Assembly (NCBI RefSeq): GCF_001194135.2
Contig: NC_068988.1
Coordinates: 24,516,754-24,580,753 of the forward strand
DNA length: 64,000 bases
DNA from: Octopus bimaculoides
Taxonomy: Eukaryota
Direction of reading: 5' to 3'
Shown: one piece after another, positions 62,709-64,000 of the stretch
How the letters are laid out: each line of letters begins with the position of its first letter
Numbering within the stretch: the first letter of the stretch is position 1
Notes under the pieces: model-generated
Databases searched by the model: none
The model's input: only the letters and a program-made list of their open reading frames with translations
Told to the model about the DNA's origin: nothing
Program-made: the position numbers and the translations under genes

Positions 62709-63731
62709 GACATCGCACAGTATACAATATCATGAAGTTGTTGATTGAAGATATTGTGTCTGCCAAAGGGGTTTGTACCGTTTGTAAAGTCACAACAAGG
62801 ACCTCAGACAGACAGTACTTTATGCAATATGCATGAAGTTCCAAGTAATGCCAAATTTTGCAATTGTTGTTGTTGCTGTTAGCACACCTGGTAAAATGCT
62901 TAGCAGTATTTCGCCTCTCGCTGTGTTCTGAATTCATATTCCACCAAGATTGGCTTTGCCTCTCGTCCTTTTGGAGGTCAATAAATTAAGTACCTGTGAA
63001 ACACTGGGGTCAATATAATCGATCAGTCCCCTCTCCCAATATTTCAGGCCTTGTGGCTATAGGAGAAAGGATTATTATTATGTACTGGCACTCGTGCCAG
63101 TGGCATGTGAACAAAACATTGAACTGACTCCTGTACAGGTGGCACGTAAAAAAAACACCATTTGAGCATGGCCGTTGCCAGTACTGCTGGACTGGCCCTT
63201 GTGCCAGTGACACATAAAAAAGCACCCACTACACTCTTGTAGTGGTTGGCGTTAGGAAGGGCATCCAGCTGTAGAAACTCTGCCAGATCAGATTGGAGTC
63301 TGGTGTAGCCATCTGGTTCGCCAGTCCCCAGTCAAATTGTCCAACCCATGCTAGCATGGAAAGCGGACGCTAAATGGTGATGATAATGGTGATTGTTGTT
63401 ATTAAGGTGGCAGACTTGTTAACATGCTGGGCAAGATGCTTAGTGGCATTTTGTCAGTCCTTATGTTTTGAGTTCAAATTCTACCAAGGTCAACTTAGCC
63501 TTTCATCCTTTTGGAGTTGATGAAAAAGGTGCCAGACAAGTACTGGGATCAATATAATCGACTGTCCCCGTCCTCCAATTTCAGGCCTTGTGTTTATAGT
63601 AAAAAGGATTATTATTATTATTATTCTCCTCCTCTTCTGCTCATTTTTAGCCATGATTCACTCTCAGTCTGTTTTGTGTGCGTTTACAGGCCAAGGAAAA
63701 GGCTGCAAAGAAGAAGGAAGTGAAGGCTTGA
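39136..63731 (+). CDS. UCHL5: Ubiquitin C-terminal hydrolase L5 (UCH37), spliced gene; 10 visible coding exons plus one inferred exon in an assembly gap
   Basis: Manual splicing gives [145 protein letters not shown]-[missing][129 protein letters not shown]. It is colinear with human UCHL5, including the C-terminal ULD tail. All visible splice sites are GT/AG and phase-compatible; 823 nt of CDS are visible. Confidence 0.97.
39791..39852. repeat. Perfect spacerless 62-bp palindrome
   Basis: TAAATGGAGTAAAACGCATATGTTAAATGAA|TTCATTTAACATATGCGTTTTACTCCATTTA, centred on GAATTC at 39819-39824. Confidence 0.95.
42071..42350. repeat. Long inverted repeat (about 118-bp arms, 44-bp spacer), Penelope-like fold-back
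   Basis: 42071-42189 is the reverse complement of 42234-42350, with about 6 mismatches and one 2-nt indel. The Penelope attribution is inference. Confidence 0.85.
45504..46254. mobile_element. hAT-type (Charlie-like) MITE with 8-bp target site duplication, containing a nested piggyBac-like MITE
   Basis: Ends CCATGGTTCTCAG ... TTGAGAACCACCA resemble CAGTGGTTCTCAA TIRs. Flanks CTCTAGGA (45496-45503) and CTCTAGGC (46255-46262) match 7/8. Confidence 0.6.
45580..45800. mobile_element. piggyBac-like MITE, copy 1 (about 220 bp)
   Basis: TTAA|CCCTTTAGCATT ... AATACTAAAGAG|TGAA; homologous to 52176-52395 and to a partial copy at about 62416-62550. Confidence 0.6.
46450..46700 (+). mobile_element. 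tRNA-derived SINE family C (representative)
   Basis: GCACGTGGCTTAGTGGTTAGGG (A box), GGTTTCAATTCC (B box), TTGAGCAAAACACTT core; homologues at about 47120-47450(+) and 5580-5820(-). Confidence 0.75.
47950..50620. mobile_element. Fragmented hAT transposase remnant (ZMYM1-like/Ac type) in UCHL5 intron 1
   Basis: Plus-strand [26 protein letters not shown] (about 48301-48378; TRWSAR-like), [12 protein letters not shown]...QTPETR (about 49425-49510), and TFPT...[20 protein letters not shown] (about 50368-50460; hAT C-terminal ERSFSKLKLIKNYL-like). A SINE is inserted at about 50020-50200; some internal pieces appear inverted. Confidence 0.55.
51044..51290 (+). mobile_element. tRNA-derived SINE family B (representative)
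   Basis: GGAGTGGCTGTGTGGTAAG...GGGTTCAGTCCC...TTGGGCAAGTGTCTT...GAGTGGATTTGGTAGA..GAAACTGAAAGAAGCC. Related copies (approximate) at 4866-5250, 6720-6916(-), 18950-19125(-), 37570-37760(-), 43440-43790, 54577-54630, 55590-55750, 59065-59380(-), 61430-61880(-). Confidence 0.85.
52075..52138 (+). CDS. UCHL5: UCHL5 coding exon 2 (64 nt)
   Basis: Polypyrimidine tract plus ACAG acceptor; (G)[20 protein letters not shown](K); donor GTAAG at 52139. Confidence 0.95.
52176..52395. mobile_element. piggyBac-like MITE, copy 2, filling half of UCHL5 intron 2
   Basis: TTAA at 52172-52175 and 52396-52399 flank CCCTTTAGCATT...AATATTAAAGGA; the TTAA TSD and CCC/GGG-type ends are piggyBac signatures. Confidence 0.65.
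52592..52697 (+). CDS. UCHL5: UCHL5 coding exon 3 (106 nt), includes oxyanion-hole Gln
   Basis: TTGCAG acceptor; [35 protein letters not shown]; donor GTAAG at 52698. Confidence 0.97.
54798..54923 (+). CDS. UCHL5: UCHL5 coding exon 4 (126 nt), includes catalytic Cys
   Basis: CTGCAG acceptor; [42 protein letters not shown]; donor GTAAG at 54924. Confidence 0.97.
56958..57019 (+). CDS. UCHL5: UCHL5 coding exon 5 (62 nt)
   Basis: TTTACAG acceptor; [20 protein letters not shown](R); donor GTAAG at 57020. Confidence 0.96.
57200..57735 (-). mobile_element. RTE-clade LINE C-terminal fragment in UCHL5 intron 5
   Basis: Minus-strand pieces across frameshifts: [14 protein letters not shown] (LxQVExFKYLG-like), [15 protein letters not shown]...RMRW. 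A related short fragment lies at about 51540-51640. Confidence 0.65.
58246..59051. other. Assembly gap (806 N) in UCHL5, probable site of missing coding exon 6
   Basis: N run between exons 5 and 7; the flanking readable intron is RTE, microsatellite and SINE and lacks HFVSY/YELDG-type codons. Confidence 0.7.
59515..59581 (+). CDS. UCHL5: UCHL5 coding exon 7 (67 nt)
   Basis: GCCAG acceptor; (G)[21 protein letters not shown](K); donor GTAGGT at 59582. Confidence 0.93.
59878..60170 (+). repeat. Interspersed repeat family D (representative)
   Basis: CATCGTTTAACGTC..CTTCC..GCTAGCATGGGTTGG...GCTGGATGCCCTTCCTAA.GCCAACC. Homologues (approximate) at 43231-43440(-), 56290-56400, 56690-56880(-), 63080-63375(-); usually next to (CAT)n. 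Class not assigned. Confidence 0.75.
60655..60742 (+). CDS. UCHL5: UCHL5 coding exon 8 (88 nt)
   Basis: TCCAG acceptor; (K)[29 protein letters not shown]; donor GTTTG at 60743. Confidence 0.94.
61246..61338 (+). CDS. UCHL5: UCHL5 coding exon 9 (93 nt)
   Basis: GCTAG acceptor; [31 protein letters not shown]; donor GTAAG at 61339. Confidence 0.9.
62172..62270 (+). CDS. UCHL5: UCHL5 coding exon 10 (99 nt)
   Basis: TTTTCAG acceptor; [33 protein letters not shown]; donor GTAAC at 62271. Confidence 0.96.
63690..63731 (+). CDS. UCHL5: UCHL5 terminal coding exon (42 nt including TGA)
   Basis: TTTACAG acceptor; [13 protein letters not shown] matches the position and basic character of the human AKEKQNAKKAQETK tail. 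Confidence 0.9.
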   Translation, partial: AKEKAAKKKEVKA

Positions 63732-64000
63732 TATCAGCTACCCTTAATCTATCCTACTTTAATCATTCACCTGTTGGTGTTCATTAGTAAAAGGTAAAAT
63801 ATTCTGTTAACAATCTGTTGCGATCAACTTCAGTCATTATTTAATCATTATAGTGTTTCTAATTATTATCATTGCAGTGTTCAATATCTATTCAGAATAA
63901 GTACCCAACTTTGAAAACAAATAAGTATTGGGCCTGTACTGCTCTCCTGGGGGTGGTGGAACGATTCAGGGGGGTGCGATAATGGAGTGGTTAAAAAGAG

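Noticed and set aside
63732-64000. UCHL5 polyadenylation signal
   Set aside because: No canonical AATAAA after the stop within the window; the 3'UTR end cannot be placed

Overview
Eukaryotic, AT-rich, gap-riddled draft scaffold; the SINE families and microsatellite load look like an octopus/coleoid genome (inference from recognised repeats, not verified). The one well-supported gene is the proteasome/INO80-associated deubiquitinase UCHL5 (UCH37) on the + strand. It runs from ATG 39136 to TGA 63731, with 10 visible GT-AG coding exons and a 12.9 kb first intron. The exon expected to carry the catalytic His and Asp is absent from readable sequence and probably lies in the N gap at 58246-59051. 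The first ~39 kb has no recognisable intact gene: microsatellites, three tRNA-derived SINE families plus one unclassified interspersed repeat, a decayed DD41D Tc1/mariner, two related L1/Tx1-like elements, an internally inverted RTE, a HERO-like 3' end and Penelope-like fold-backs. The best second-look signals are a cluster of hairpins/palindromes in UCHL5 intron 1, a twin-priming-like RTE inversion, an internally deleted Tx1-like element with a fold-back junction, degenerate hammerhead motifs, and weak traces of decayed receptor genes. I found no convincing novel multi-gene system. Repeat boundaries are approximate unless stated.
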